Shown: positions 17,095-27,721, counted from the stretch's first letter. The stretch is DNA of 32,000 nt from Paracoccus suum (GCF_003324675.1 NZ_CP030918.1:1020001-1052000); one strand, 5' to 3'. Made by a program: numbers and translations. The notes: generated by a model not told the origin, from the letters alone.

Positions 17095-18579
17095 TCAGCC
17101 CCAGTCCTGCTGGCGATGCCGCTCGAGGTTCGAGAAACGGGTGAACTGGCCCTCGAACGCCAACTCGACCGTGCCGATTGGGCCGTGGCGCTGCTTGCCA
17201 ATGATGACCTCGGCCTTGCCATGGACCGATTCCATGATCTGCTGCCAAGTGGCCATCTTTTCCAGTTCGTGGTCGGCCGGCTTTTCGCGCTCGCGGTAAT
17301 ACTCCTCGCGAAAGACGAACATCACCACGTCGGCATCCTGCTCGATACTGCCCGATTCGCGCAGGTCGGACAGTTGCGGGCGCTTGTCCTCGCGGTTCTC
17401 GACCTGCCGCGAGAGCTGCGAGAGGGCAATGACCGGGATCGCCAGCTCCTTGGCGATGGCCTTGAGCCCTTGGGTGATCTCGCTGACCTCGTTCACGCGG
17501 CTGTCCTTGGCGGAGGCAGCGCGCAGAAGCTGCAGGTAATCGACCATCAGCACGTCGAGACCGTGGGTGCGCTTCAGCCGCCGCGCCCGCGCCGCCAACT
17601 GGTTGATCGGCAAAGCCGGCGTGTCGTCGATATAGAGCGGGCATTTCTGCAGATCATGCGCCGCCTGGACGAACTTGCGGAACTCCTCCTCGCTCAGATC
17701 GCCGCGGCGGATTTTTTCGCTCGGCACCTCGGCCGCCTCGGACAGGATCCGGGTCGCCAACTGCTCGGCCGACATCTCCAGCGAAAAGAAGCCGACGACG
17801 CCGCCGCCGAGCACCTTTCGGTTTCCCATCTCGTCTGTGCCCTCGCGGTAGGCTTTCGCGACGTTGAAGGCGATGTTGGTCGCGAGCGAGGTTTTTCCCA
17901 TCGAGGGGCGCCCGGCGAGGATGATGAGGTCCGAGGGGTTCAGTCCGCCCAGCTTGCTGTCGAGGTCCTTCAGCCCTGTCGGGGTGCCCGACAGGCCGCC
18001 GTCACGCTGATAGGCGGCGCTGGCGACGGTGATGGCATCGCTGACCGCCTTGAGGAAGGTCTGAAAGCCGCGCTCGGCCACGCCCTGCTCGGCTAGGGTG
18101 TAGAGGGTCTGTTCGGCCCGCTTGATCTGTTCGCCCGCGTCCTCCTCGACCGTGACCTTGGCGGCACGGGCGCTGATGTCCTGGCCAAGGCCGATCAACT
18201 CGCGCCGCAGCGCCAGCTCGCGAATCATCTGGGCGTAGTCCCGCGCCGCATAGGCGCCGATCGCCGCCCCCGCGAGGCGCGCCAGATAGGCCGGGCCGCC
18301 TAGCTCTTTCAGCCCCGGATCATCCTCCATGAAAGCCTTGATCGTCACCGGCGAGGCGAGGGCGCCGCGGGTGATCCGCTCGGCGCACAGCTCGAAAATG
18401 CGGGCGTGGACGGGCTCGTAGAAATGCGCATGCGCAATCAGGCTGCCGATGCGCTCGTAGACATCGTTGTTGGTCAGGATCGCGCCCAGCAGCTGCTGCT
18501 CGGCCTCGATCGAAAAGGGGATCGTCTCGGTCGGCTCGTCCGGGGTGGGGCGGATGGTGATTGCGCGAATATCGGCCAT
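17095..18579 (-). CDS. dnaB: Replicative DNA helicase DnaB
   Basis: N-terminal IEAEQQLLGAIL, Walker A GRPSMGKTS, and the RecA-like C-terminal domain (SLEMS, QLSR, IEQDADVV). Length is 494 aa. Confidence 0.97.
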   Translation of the reverse strand: MADIRAITIRPTPDEPTETIPFSIEAEQQLLGAILTNNDVYERIGSLIAHAHFYEPVHARIFELCAERITRGALASPVTIKAFMEDDPGLKELGGPAYLARLAGAAIGAYAARDYAQMIRELALRRELIGLGQDISARAAKVTVEEDAGEQIKRAEQTLYTLAEQGVAERGFQTFLKAVSDAITVASAAYQRDGGLSGTPTGLKDLDSKLGGLNPSDLIILAGRPSMGKTSLATNIAFNVAKAYREGTDEMGNRKVLGGGVVGFFSLEMSAEQLATRILSEAAEVPSEKIRRGDLSEEEFRKFVQAAHDLQKCPLYIDDTPALPINQLAARARRLKRTHGLDVLMVDYLQLLRAASAKDSRVNEVSEITQGLKAIAKELAIPVIALSQLSRQVENREDKRPQLSDLRESGSIEQDADVVMFVFREEYYREREKPADHELEKMATWQQIMESVHGKAEVIIGKQRHGPIGTVELAFEGQFTRFSNLERHRQQDWG

Positions 18580-18685
18580 GGCTTTGTCCCCGGTCCTGTT
18601 TTCCCGCCGCCGCGGATCGGCGCGAGGCGAAAGAAGACTATCTCACAAGGGTTGCACAGTTCCCACGGCTTGCAGCCACGTGGGG

Positions 18686-18727
18686 TGTGGAAAACAGTGG
18701 GCATCACTGTTGGCAAGTTGTGGACAA
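18686..18727 (-). promoter_or_regulatory. Two DnaA-box-like 9-mers upstream of dnaB
   Basis: TGTGGAAAA (18686-18694; complement TTTTCCACA fits TTWTNCACA) and TGTGGACAA (18719-18727; complement TTGTCCACA, one mismatch). Both are in the same orientation, 107 and 140 bp upstream of the dnaB ATG. Confidence 0.4.
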
Positions 18728-18781
18728 CCTCGGGACAACCCGCCCGCCAAGTGCGGCGCGTTGCGCGCCGCATCCAGGCCT

Positions 18782-19456
18782 TTACGCGCCCGCGGCAGCC
18801 TGCCAGCCACGCGGATCGCGCAAAAAGCCTTCGACTGCGTCCAGCGTTGTGCTGTCAAAGCTGGCCTGCGCCCGCGCCTCGGCCAGCACGTCCCACCAGG
18901 TGCACAGATGGTGCAGTTGCACGCCATGCTCGGCCAGCCGGTCGGTCGTGCCGGCGAAGATGTCGTAGTAGAAAATCACCGCAGTGTGGCCGCAGCTGGC
19001 GCCGGTGTCGCGGATCGCATCGACGAAGGACAGCTTGCTGCCGCCGTCGGTCGTCAGATCCTCGACCAGCAGAACCCGCTGGCCCTCGGTCATGACACCC
19101 TCGATGCGGGCGTTGCGGCCATAGCCCTTCGGCTTTTTGCGCACATAGCTCATCGGCAGCGACAGCCGCTCGGCGATCAGCGCGGCAAAGGGGATGCCCG
19201 CCGTCTCACCGCCGGCGATGTTGTCGAACGCCTCGAAGCCGGCGTCGCGCAGCACGGTCGCGGCCAGGAAATCCATCAGCGTGGCACGGATGCGGGGAAA
19301 GCCGATCAGCCGCCGGCAATCGATATAGGTCGGGCCCTTGAGGCCCGAGGCGTAAGTGTAGGGCTCGGCCGCGTTGAAATGAACGGCCGCCACCTCCAAC
19401 AGCATGCGTGCCGTCAGCCGCGCGATCTCGTCCTTGGGCGGAAACGGCAGCATCAT
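18782..19456 (-). CDS. pyrE: Orotate phosphoribosyltransferase
   Basis: PRPP-binding motif [13 protein letters not shown] and PyrE-like overall sequence. The first ATG (19456) overlaps the pyrC stop as ATGA. A second ATG at 19453 is an equally possible start. Confidence 0.92.
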   Translation of the reverse strand: MMLPFPPKDEIARLTARMLLEVAAVHFNAAEPYTYASGLKGPTYIDCRRLIGFPRIRATLMDFLAATVLRDAGFEAFDNIAGGETAGIPFAALIAERLSLPMSYVRKKPKGYGRNARIEGVMTEGQRVLLVEDLTTDGGSKLSFVDAIRDTGASCGHTAVIFYYDIFAGTTDRLAEHGVQLHHLCTWWDVLAEARAQASFDSTTLDAVEGFLRDPRGWQAAAGA

Positions 19457-20508
19457 GCCTCCTCGTGGTGCCAGTGGATGGGAAATCCGGGGTCGAATAC
19501 TGTGACGGTCTCCTCGCCGGCGTCGATGCGCCCGGGCGGGACCAGCGGCTCGCCGCGCCGCACCAGGGTGATGTGATCCTCGGCCGGGGGCAGGCCGTAG
19601 AAGGCCGCGCCGTGCAGGGACGCGAAACCTTCCAGCCGGGGCAGGGCGTCCGCGCGCTCGAACAATTCGGCGAGCAGGGGCATGGTGATGGGCGCGGTAA
19701 AGCAGCCGGCGCAGCCGCAGGCGGATTGCTTGGCATGGTCGGGATGCGGCGCGGAATCGGTGCCGAGGAAGAATTGCGTCTCGCCGCCGGTCGCGGCCTC
19801 GATCAGCGCCTCGCGATGCACCTCGCGCTTGAGGATCGGCAGGCAGTAGTAATGCGGCCTGATCCCGCCGGCCAACATGGCATTGCGGTTGATGGCCAGG
19901 TGATGGACGGTGATTGTTCCGGCGAGGTCCGGCCCCCCGCTGCGGACGTAATCGACGCCCTCGCGGGTGGTCACATGCTCCAGCACCACGCGCAGGCCGG
20001 GGGTCGCCCGGCGCACCGGCTCGAGCACGCGGTCGAGGAACACCGCCTCGCGGTCAAAGATGTCGACCGCCGGGTCGGTCACCTCGCCATGCACGCAGAG
20101 CGGTACGCCAGCGGCGGCCATCGCCTCCAGCACGGGGCGCACCTTGTCAAAATCGCGCACGCCGCTGGCCGAGTTCGTCGTTGCGCCGGCCGGATACAGC
20201 TTGACGGCGCGGACGATGCCATCGGCGTGGCCCGCGGTAACATCGGCGGGATCGGTGCCTTCGGTCAGGTACAGGGTCATCTGCGGCTGCATGGCAGCGC
20301 CCTTTGGCAGGGCGGCCAGGATGCGCTCGCGATAGGCGGCGGCGGCGGCGGATGTGGTGACCGGCGGCACCAGGTTCGGCATCACCAGGGCGCGGCCGAA
20401 GCCTGCCGAATAGGGCGCGGTCGCGTCCAGCATGGCGCCGTCGCGCAGATGCAGATGCCAGTCATCGGGGCGGCGCAGCCTCAGCCGCGGGGGCGTGATT
20501 TGGGTCAT
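19453..20508 (-). CDS. pyrC: Dihydroorotase (homodimeric class II type)
   Basis: N-terminal metal-binding [15 protein letters not shown], and the later HGE and FLGTDSAPH motifs. Length is 351 aa. Confidence 0.93.
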   Translation of the reverse strand: MTQITPPRLRLRRPDDWHLHLRDGAMLDATAPYSAGFGRALVMPNLVPPVTTSAAAAAYRERILAALPKGAAMQPQMTLYLTEGTDPADVTAGHADGIVRAVKLYPAGATTNSASGVRDFDKVRPVLEAMAAAGVPLCVHGEVTDPAVDIFDREAVFLDRVLEPVRRATPGLRVVLEHVTTREGVDYVRSGGPDLAGTITVHHLAINRNAMLAGGIRPHYYCLPILKREVHREALIEAATGGETQFFLGTDSAPHPDHAKQSACGCAGCFTAPITMPLLAELFERADALPRLEGFASLHGAAFYGLPPAEDHITLVRRGEPLVPPGRIDAGEETVTVFDPGFPIHWHHEEA

Positions 20509-20644
20509 GGCGGTGTTCTAACGCTGCGGCGCGAGCGGGAACAGGCCGACTTGACTGAAAGTTAGGCTTGCCGTGGCCGATTGTGCGGGTGCAGCATAGC
20601 GGTCTTTCGCGGGGCTTCCCTCCGCCAGTTCCGAAAGGACTGTC

Positions 20645-20935
20645 ATGAACGCCGTACTACCCCTGACGCTGTGGTCGCAAATGGCCACCATTGGCTGGGA
20701 ATCGCAGATGGTGATCTGCATGCGCAGCGCCGCGATGCTGGGCCTGTTGCCGCAAGCGCCCGACGAAGTCTCGCGCATGATCACGGAAAAACAGGATGCT
20801 GCAAAGGAATCCTTGCTGGCCGCGATGCGCGCCGCAAGCTCCGGCAAGCGCGCCGACCAGGTGCTGGAGGCTGCCCTCAGCCCTTATGCCCGGCGCACCC
20901 ATGCCAATGCCAAGCGCCTGACCAAGGCCGCCTGA
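20645..20935 (+). CDS. Small conserved hypothetical protein (96 aa)
   Basis: ATG preceded by AAAGGA and followed by an intrinsic terminator. The composition is coding-like. From memory it resembles a Rhodobacterales family sometimes auto-annotated as antifreeze protein. The function is unknown. Confidence 0.6.
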   Translation: MNAVLPLTLWSQMATIGWESQMVICMRSAAMLGLLPQAPDEVSRMITEKQDAAKESLLAAMRAASSGKRADQVLEAALSPYARRTHANAKRLTKAA

Positions 20936-20944
20936 CGGGCGGCA

Positions 20945-20980
20945 AAATAAAGGGGCCGCCAACCGGCGACCCCCTTTTCT
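20945..20980. terminator. Bidirectional intrinsic terminator between the 96-aa ORF and gap
   Basis: AAAATAAA-GGGGCCGCC-aacc-GGCGACCCC-TTTTCT. The stem is 9 bp with one C/A mismatch. Confidence 0.75.
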
Positions 20981-20998
20981 CGTTTCTGCGTCGCAGCG

Positions 20999-22000
<1,002 letters not shown>

Positions 22001-22094
22001 CTGTACCTCCATCCCCTTGGTTCGCGCCGACGCATGCCGCACCAGAGGGCGAATTGCAATCAGGCCAACTGCCGCATCCGCGGTTGGTATCGGC

Positions 22095-22241
22095 CTATTT
22101 GCGCCAAAAACTGGCGTATTCGACGAACTGGACCATGGCCCGCCCCAGATGCAGCGGCAGGTTCCAGTGCAGCACAAAGTGATCGGCAGCCAATAGCAGC
22201 ACGATCAGCGCGAACAGCACGGCAGCGATGCGATTGGTCAT
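22095..22241 (-). CDS. Possible small membrane protein (48 aa)
   Basis: [24 protein letters not shown] gives one clear hydrophobic helix, and GGGAG lies upstream of ATG 22241. There is a caveat. Its last codons (SFWRK-stop) coincide with a copy of the AT-rich intergenic motif TATTTGCGCCAAAAA, so the ORF may be fortuitous. Confidence 0.35.
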   Translation of the reverse strand: MTNRIAAVLFALIVLLLAADHFVLHWNLPLHLGRAMVQFVEYASFWRK

Positions 22242-22347
22242 GCCTCGAGCTCCCGGCGCGGACGCTGCCCGTCTAGGCGCTTGGCGCCGCGCAGGCAAGT
22301 TAGGCGGCACGCTGGACCGGGCTGGGCGGTCGCGCTAGATCGCGGCC

Positions 22348-22908
22348 ATGACGCCCGACCAGATCGCCGCCCTGTTCACCGATCCCGCCGGGGCATTCCT
22401 TTGCGCCCGCTGGGGCCGGCCGACCGCGCCGGTGCTGTTCGGTGTTGCGGACGACAGCCTCGCCGTGATGCGCGCCGCGCTGACAGCAGCCTTTCGCGAC
22501 ATGGGCCAGCCAATGGCTGAAACCGATCCCGAGAGCGGCGCCAATCTGATCGGCTTTTTCGTCCGCGATTGGGCCGAGCTTGCCAGCGTGCCGGACCTCG
22601 ATCAACTCACCGGGCGTCCCGGTATTCCGCATCGGCTGATGGAGCAGGATGCCCGCCGCTATCGCCTGCTGCGGTTCGATGAGGGCGGCGCGATCCGCGC
22701 CTGCATCAGCTTTGCCCGCGTCAGCGACACGGACCACCCTGCCGCCCTGGCCGAAAGCATGGCGGTCAATGCCGCCCTCAGCTTTGCGGCCGAGGTGCAG
22801 CCGAGCCCTCAGATCGCGGCTCTGCTGCGCGCCGCCTACGATCCGCGGCTGCCGGCCGTGGCGCGCGATCCGGCCTATGCCTTGCGGCTGGCCGCGCGGA
22901 TGGCCTAG
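22348..22908 (+). CDS. Hypothetical protein (186 aa), no recognisable domain
   Basis: The ORF has coding-like composition and fills the gap between divergent and convergent neighbours. I recognise no motif in it. Confidence 0.6.
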   Translation: MTPDQIAALFTDPAGAFLCARWGRPTAPVLFGVADDSLAVMRAALTAAFRDMGQPMAETDPESGANLIGFFVRDWAELASVPDLDQLTGRPGIPHRLMEQDARRYRLLRFDEGGAIRACISFARVSDTDHPAALAESMAVNAALSFAAEVQPSPQIAALLRAAYDPRLPAVARDPAYALRLAARMA

Positions 22909-24569
22909 CGGCCCGCCGTCGCAGCCTCGCCCGCCGCCCGGACCTGGGCCAGCGTCATGCCCGGCGTCAGCGCCTCGGGGTCCAGCCGCAACTCGATCAC
23001 CGCCAGCGTGCCGGCAGCCTCGGCCTCGGCAAAGACGCGCGGGAAGTCCGCCCCATCCTCGATTACCGCACCGTAGCCGCCATAGGCGCTGGCGAGGGCG
23101 GCGAAATCGGGGTTGGCCAGATCGGTGCCCGAAACGCGGCCCGGGTAATGACGCTCCTGATGCATGCGGATGGTGCCATAGCGGCCGTTATTGGCGACGA
23201 TGACGATCACTGCGGCGTCGTATTGCCGCGCGGTCGACAGCTCGTTGACCGTCATCTGCAGGCAGCCATCCCCCGCAAGGCACACGACCGTCCGATCCGG
23301 ATTGGCGATCTTGGCCGCGATCGCCGCCGGCAGGCCATAGCCCATGCTGCCCGAGGTCGGGGCAAGCTGCGTGCCGGCCTGCTTGAAGCGGAAATAGCGG
23401 TGCAGAAAGCTGGCGTAGTTGCCGGCGCCATTGGTGACGATCGCATCCTCCGGCAGGTTTTCCGACAGCCAGGCGACCACCTGCTCCATCTTGACGGCGC
23501 CGGGCGTCTCGCGCGGCTGCTGCCATGCCTCGTACTGGGCGCGCAGTCCCGCGGTCCAGTCATCCCAGCGGCGCGCGCCAGCGGGCGCATCGGCGAGGGC
23601 CGCAATCACCTGCCTCGGGTCGGCAACGATTCCCGGCTGGGGCACCCAGACGTGGCCCAGCTCGTCCGGGTCGGGATGGACATGGACGATGCGCTTGTCC
23701 TGCACGCCCGGCCGCATCAGCGCGTAGCCATTGGTCAGGGTATCGCCGAGCCGCGATCCGATCGCGACGACCAGGTCCGCCTGCTGCAGCGTTTCGCCCA
23801 GCTTGGGGTTCATGCCGACGCCCAGATCGCCGACATAGCTGGCCGAGCGGTTGTCCATGTGCGCCTGCCGCCGGAAGGGTACCGCCACCGGCAAACCGCG
23901 GCTTTCGGCAAAGCGTTGCAGCGCGGCGGCGGTCCCCGCGTCCCACAGGGTGCCGCCGGGGATCAGCAGGGGCCGCTCGGCGCCCTCGATCGCGTCGAGG
24001 ATGGCCTGGATCGCCTGGGGCGCGACGCCCGCAACCTGGCACGGCACGGGCAGGTCGGGAATGTCGATCTCGGCCGACAGCATGTCCTCGGGCAGGGCCA
24101 GCACGACCGGACCCGGGCGACCGGACATCGCCAGCGAGAAGGCGCGGGCGACATATTCGGGGATGCGGGCGGTGTCGTCGATCTCGGCCGCCCATTTGGC
24201 AAGGCCGCCGAACATCGCACGGTAATCGACCTCCTGAAACGCGCCCCGGTCGCGGTCGCTGCGCGCGATCTGGCCCACGAACAGCACCATGGGCGTGCTG
24301 TCCTGATGGGCGACGTGCACCCCGGCCGAGGCGTTGCTGGCCCCCGGGCCCCGGGTCACGAAGGCAACGCCCGGCCGGCCGGTCATCTTGCCGGCGGCCT
24401 CGGCCATCATCGCCGCGCCCCCCTCCTGGCGGCAGACGACATTCTCGATCCCCGAGGCGTGCAGCGCGTCGAGCGCCGCCAGGAAGCTTTCGCCGGGCAC
24501 CGAGAATACCCGCTGAACCCCCTGCGCCTTCAGCGCATCCACCAGAATCTGCCCGCCGTGCCGCATCAT
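22905..24569 (-). CDS. Thiamine-pyrophosphate-dependent enzyme, acetolactate synthase large-subunit family (554 aa)
   Basis: N-terminal TPP-pyrimidine domain (GVQRVFSVPGESFL, GPGASN) and a C-terminal TPP-binding motif (GDGCLQMTVNELSTA...NNGRYG). The start is placed at ATG 24569 or 24566, preceded by GAGGGGA. The substrate is unknown. Confidence 0.85.
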   Translation of the reverse strand: MMRHGGQILVDALKAQGVQRVFSVPGESFLAALDALHASGIENVVCRQEGGAAMMAEAAGKMTGRPGVAFVTRGPGASNASAGVHVAHQDSTPMVLFVGQIARSDRDRGAFQEVDYRAMFGGLAKWAAEIDDTARIPEYVARAFSLAMSGRPGPVVLALPEDMLSAEIDIPDLPVPCQVAGVAPQAIQAILDAIEGAERPLLIPGGTLWDAGTAAALQRFAESRGLPVAVPFRRQAHMDNRSASYVGDLGVGMNPKLGETLQQADLVVAIGSRLGDTLTNGYALMRPGVQDKRIVHVHPDPDELGHVWVPQPGIVADPRQVIAALADAPAGARRWDDWTAGLRAQYEAWQQPRETPGAVKMEQVVAWLSENLPEDAIVTNGAGNYASFLHRYFRFKQAGTQLAPTSGSMGYGLPAAIAAKIANPDRTVVCLAGDGCLQMTVNELSTARQYDAAVIVIVANNGRYGTIRMHQERHYPGRVSGTDLANPDFAALASAYGGYGAVIEDGADFPRVFAEAEAAGTLAVIELRLDPEALTPGMTLAQVRAAGEAATAGR

Positions 24570-24679
24570 ATTGCCGTCCCCTCGATTGACGGGCGGACGA
24601 TGGCGCGCCGCGCGGGCGCAGGCAAGCCCGGCCGCGTGCACTGGACAGGCCCGCCGCCGGTGCCTATCTGCAGCCGACC

Positions 24680-25150
24680 ATGGCCCCGAAATCCGACCCC
24701 AACAGCAAGCTGATCGCCGAGAACCGCCGCGCGCGGTTCGACTATGCCATCGAGAGCGACCTCGAGGCCGGGATCATGCTGACCGGGTCCGAGGTGAAAT
24801 CCCTGCGCACCGGCCAGTCGAACATTGCCGAGAGCTACGCCACCGTCGAGGGCGGCGAGTTGTGGCTGATCAACGGCTACATCGCCGCCTACAAGCAGGC
24901 CGGCATCTTTGGCCACGAGGAACGCCGCCGTCGCAAGCTGCTCGTCTCGCGCAAGGAACTGGCCCGGCTGTGGCAGGCGATCGGGCGCGAGGGCATGACA
25001 CTGGTGCCGCTGACCCTCTATTTCAACGACAAGGGCCGGGTGAAGCTGAAGCTGGGCGTCGCCAAGGGCAAGAAGCTGGCCGACAAGCGCGACACCGAGG
25101 CCAAGCGCGACTGGGGCCGGCAAAAGCAGCGTTTGCTGAAGCAGGGCTAA
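24680..25150 (+). CDS. smpB: SsrA-binding protein SmpB
   Basis: Typical SmpB sequence ([41 protein letters not shown]) with a basic C-terminal tail. Length is 156 aa. Confidence 0.96.
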   Translation: MAPKSDPNSKLIAENRRARFDYAIESDLEAGIMLTGSEVKSLRTGQSNIAESYATVEGGELWLINGYIAAYKQAGIFGHEERRRRKLLVSRKELARLWQAIGREGMTLVPLTLYFNDKGRVKLKLGVAKGKKLADKRDTEAKRDWGRQKQRLLKQG

Positions 25151-25157
25151 GGCGACC

Positions 25158-25577
25158 TTAGTCGTCGGTGACCAATGCCTGCTGCGTCAGCGGGCAAGGC
25201 TGCCCGCCATAGAACTCATCCAGCAACTCCTGGAAAACCTCGCCCCCGCCAGCGGCTGCGAACAGCGTCGCTGACGAACGCAGCTTCAGCGCATCGACCT
25301 GCCCCAAGACCGCCTCTGGCGGCGTGCCCCGGTTCGCCAGCATCGCCGTCGCCGCCTGCCGCAGCCGTTCGCCCAGCACCGGATCGGCCAGATAGTCGCG
25401 CGCCTCGGCCAGCCCGGCGATGCCATAATGCTTTGCTGTTGAGGACCGGCCCAGCGCCGCAAGCTGCGGAAAGATGAACCACATCCAGTGGCTTGTCTTG
25501 CGGCCAGCCCGCAACTCGGCAAGTGCGCGGCCATGCACGTCGGATTGCGCCTCGTGAAAGCGGTTGAGCCTGCTCAT
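25158..25577 (-). CDS. DUF1810-family protein
   Basis: The conserved core RFHEAQ...GRKTSHWMWFIFPQLAALGRSSTAKHYGI is characteristic of DUF1810. Length is 139 aa. Confidence 0.8.
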   Translation of the reverse strand: MSRLNRFHEAQSDVHGRALAELRAGRKTSHWMWFIFPQLAALGRSSTAKHYGIAGLAEARDYLADPVLGERLRQAATAMLANRGTPPEAVLGQVDALKLRSSATLFAAAGGGEVFQELLDEFYGGQPCPLTQQALVTDD

Positions 25578-25681
25578 TCTTCCATCCTCCGCCCGGCCGC
25601 GCCGCCGTCAAGTGGCGGCCTGTTGTCCTGCCCTTGCCGCCCCGCTACACCATGCCGAGCGTGGCTGGGCAGGGGGCTGGT

Positions 25682-26536
25682 ATGGACGACGATCCGCGGA
25701 CATTGGTTGGAACGGGTTGGCTTGCCAAGCATCTGTCAGATCCCGACCTGCGGGTGATCGACGCGAGCTGGTTCCTGCCCGGCGAGGGGCGTGACGGCGC
25801 GGCCGAATACGCCGCGGGCCACATTCCCGGTGCCCGCTTCTTTGACATCGACCAGATCGCGGACACCAGTTCCGACTTGCCGCACATGGCACCGTCACCC
25901 GAGGTGTTCATCAGCCGCCTGCGCGCGATGGGCGTCGGCGACGGCCATCAGGTGGTGATCTATGACCGCAGTGGAATCCGCAGCGCCGCGCGCGTCTGGT
26001 GGACCTTTCGCCTGATGGGCAAGACCGATGTGGCTGTACTGGACGGCGGTTTCACCAAATGGGTCGCCGAAGGCCGGCCCGTCGAGGACATGCCCCCGAT
26101 CCTGCGCGACCGGCACATGACCGCGCAGCGCCAGGCCGGGCTGGTGCGCGATGCGACCCAGGTCGCCGCCGCCTCCAAGCTGGGCAGCCATGTCATCGTC
26201 GATGCCCGCCCCGGCCCCCGTTTTCGCGGCGAGGCGGCCGAGCCGCGCGCCGGCCTGCGCTCGGGCCATATCCCCGGTGCCGTGAACCTGCCGCACAGTG
26301 ACCTGCTGCGGCCCGATGGCACGATGTTGCCGCCGGACGAGTTGCGCGCCGCCTTCGAGGCCGCGGGCGTGGATTTGTCGCGACCGATCATCACCACCTG
26401 CGGATCGGGCGTGACTGCCTCCGTTCTGGCATTGGCGCTTGAGCGCGTCGGCCAGCGCGACTGGTCGCTCTACGACGGCAGCTGGGCCGAATGGGGCGCG
26501 TTCCCCGACCTGAAAATCGCCACCGGAGCCGCATGA
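25682..26536 (+). CDS. sseA: 3-mercaptopyruvate sulfurtransferase (tandem rhodanese domains)
   Basis: The active-site loop CGSGVTA is the 3-MST signature, in contrast to the CRKGVTA loop of thiosulfate sulfurtransferases. The layout is two rhodanese domains. The start is set at MDDDPRTLV (ATG 25682), and the track ORF starts 16 codons earlier. Confidence 0.85.
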   Translation: MDDDPRTLVGTGWLAKHLSDPDLRVIDASWFLPGEGRDGAAEYAAGHIPGARFFDIDQIADTSSDLPHMAPSPEVFISRLRAMGVGDGHQVVIYDRSGIRSAARVWWTFRLMGKTDVAVLDGGFTKWVAEGRPVEDMPPILRDRHMTAQRQAGLVRDATQVAAASKLGSHVIVDARPGPRFRGEAAEPRAGLRSGHIPGAVNLPHSDLLRPDGTMLPPDELRAAFEAAGVDLSRPIITTCGSGVTASVLALALERVGQRDWSLYDGSWAEWGAFPDLKIATGAA

Positions 26537-27721
26537 ATGCTGGGCACGCTCGAACCGCAGAACCCTGACAAGATCCTGATGCTGATGGCCGAATTCCGCG
26601 GCGACACGCGCCAGGGCAAGATCGACCTCGGGGTCGGCGTCTACAAGGACGCGACCGGCCACACGCCGATCATGCGCGCCGTGCGCGCGGCCGAGGCGCA
26701 GCTGCTGCAGACCGAGACGACCAAGACCTACACCAACCTGTCGGGCGAGCCTGCATTTCGCGATGCGATGGCGGCAATGGTGCTGGGCGATGCGCTCGAT
26801 CCCGCACGCACGGCCACGCTGGCGACCGTGGGGGGTACCGGCGCCCTGCGCGCCGGGCTGGAGCTGGCGCGGATGGGCAATCCGGACCTGACGGTGTGGG
26901 TGCCCGATCCGACTTGGCCGAACCATCTGTCGATCATCAACTTCATGGGCCTCAAGTCGCGTACCTACCGCTATTTCGACCCCGCCACTCGGGCGGTGGA
27001 CGAGGAGGCGATGCTGGCCGATCTGGCGCAGGCCGCGCGAGGCGATCTGGTCCTGCTCCACGGCTGCTGCCACAATCCGACCGGCGCCGATCCGTCGCCC
27101 GCAGCATGGCCGCGCATCGCCGAGGTGCTGGCCCGGAGCGGCGCCGTGCCCTTTGTCGATTTGGCCTACCAGGGCTTCGGTAACGGGCTGGATGAAGACG
27201 CGGCGGGCGCCCGGATTCTCGCGTCGCACCTGCCCGAGGTCATCATCGCGGTCTCGTGCAGCAAGAACTTTGGCATCTACCGCGAGCGGGCGGGCCTGCT
27301 GCTGGCACAGACCGAGGGCGGCGCGGCGCGGGATCTGGCCCAAGGGGCCATGGCCACGATCGCCCGCGCGACCTACAGCTTTCCGCCTGACCACGGCGCG
27401 CGGATCGTCAGCACCATCCTTCATGACGCCGCTTTGGCCGCCGACTGGCGTGAAGAGTTGGAAGCGGTGCGCCTCGGGATGATTGCCTTGCGCGAGCAAC
27501 TGGCGAGCGAACTGCGGGCCGCCTCGGGCAGTGACCGGTTTGACTTTATCGCCCGCCACCGGGGCATGTTCTCGCGCATCGGCGCGACGCCCGAGCAGGT
27601 CGAGCGGCTGAAGCGCGAGGCCGCGATCTACATCGTCGGCGATTCGCGCCTGAACATTGCGGGCCTGAACACCGCTACCGTGCCGATCCTGGCCCGCGCG
27701 CTGGTCGAAGTCGGTGTCTGA
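26537..27721 (+). CDS. tyrB: Aromatic-amino-acid / aspartate aminotransferase (class I, TyrB/AspC subgroup), 394 aa
   Basis: DLGVGVYKDATGHTPIM, HGCCHNPTG, and the PLP-lysine motif SCSKNFGIYRERAG. The length and sequence closely resemble my recollection of P. denitrificans aromatic aminotransferase. The ATG directly abuts the sseA stop (TGAATG). Confidence 0.92.
   Translation: MLGTLEPQNPDKILMLMAEFRGDTRQGKIDLGVGVYKDATGHTPIMRAVRAAEAQLLQTETTKTYTNLSGEPAFRDAMAAMVLGDALDPARTATLATVGGTGALRAGLELARMGNPDLTVWVPDPTWPNHLSIINFMGLKSRTYRYFDPATRAVDEEAMLADLAQAARGDLVLLHGCCHNPTGADPSPAAWPRIAEVLARSGAVPFVDLAYQGFGNGLDEDAAGARILASHLPEVIIAVSCSKNFGIYRERAGLLLAQTEGGAARDLAQGAMATIARATYSFPPDHGARIVSTILHDAALAADWREELEAVRLGMIALREQLASELRAASGSDRFDFIARHRGMFSRIGATPEQVERLKREAAIYIVGDSRLNIAGLNTATVPILARALVEVGV

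Noticed and set aside
18686-18727. DnaA boxes considered as a chromosomal origin (oriC)
   Set aside because: There are only two boxes, with no AT-rich unwinding element and no cluster of further boxes. The region is an ordinary 202-bp gene leader, so a regulatory role is more plausible.
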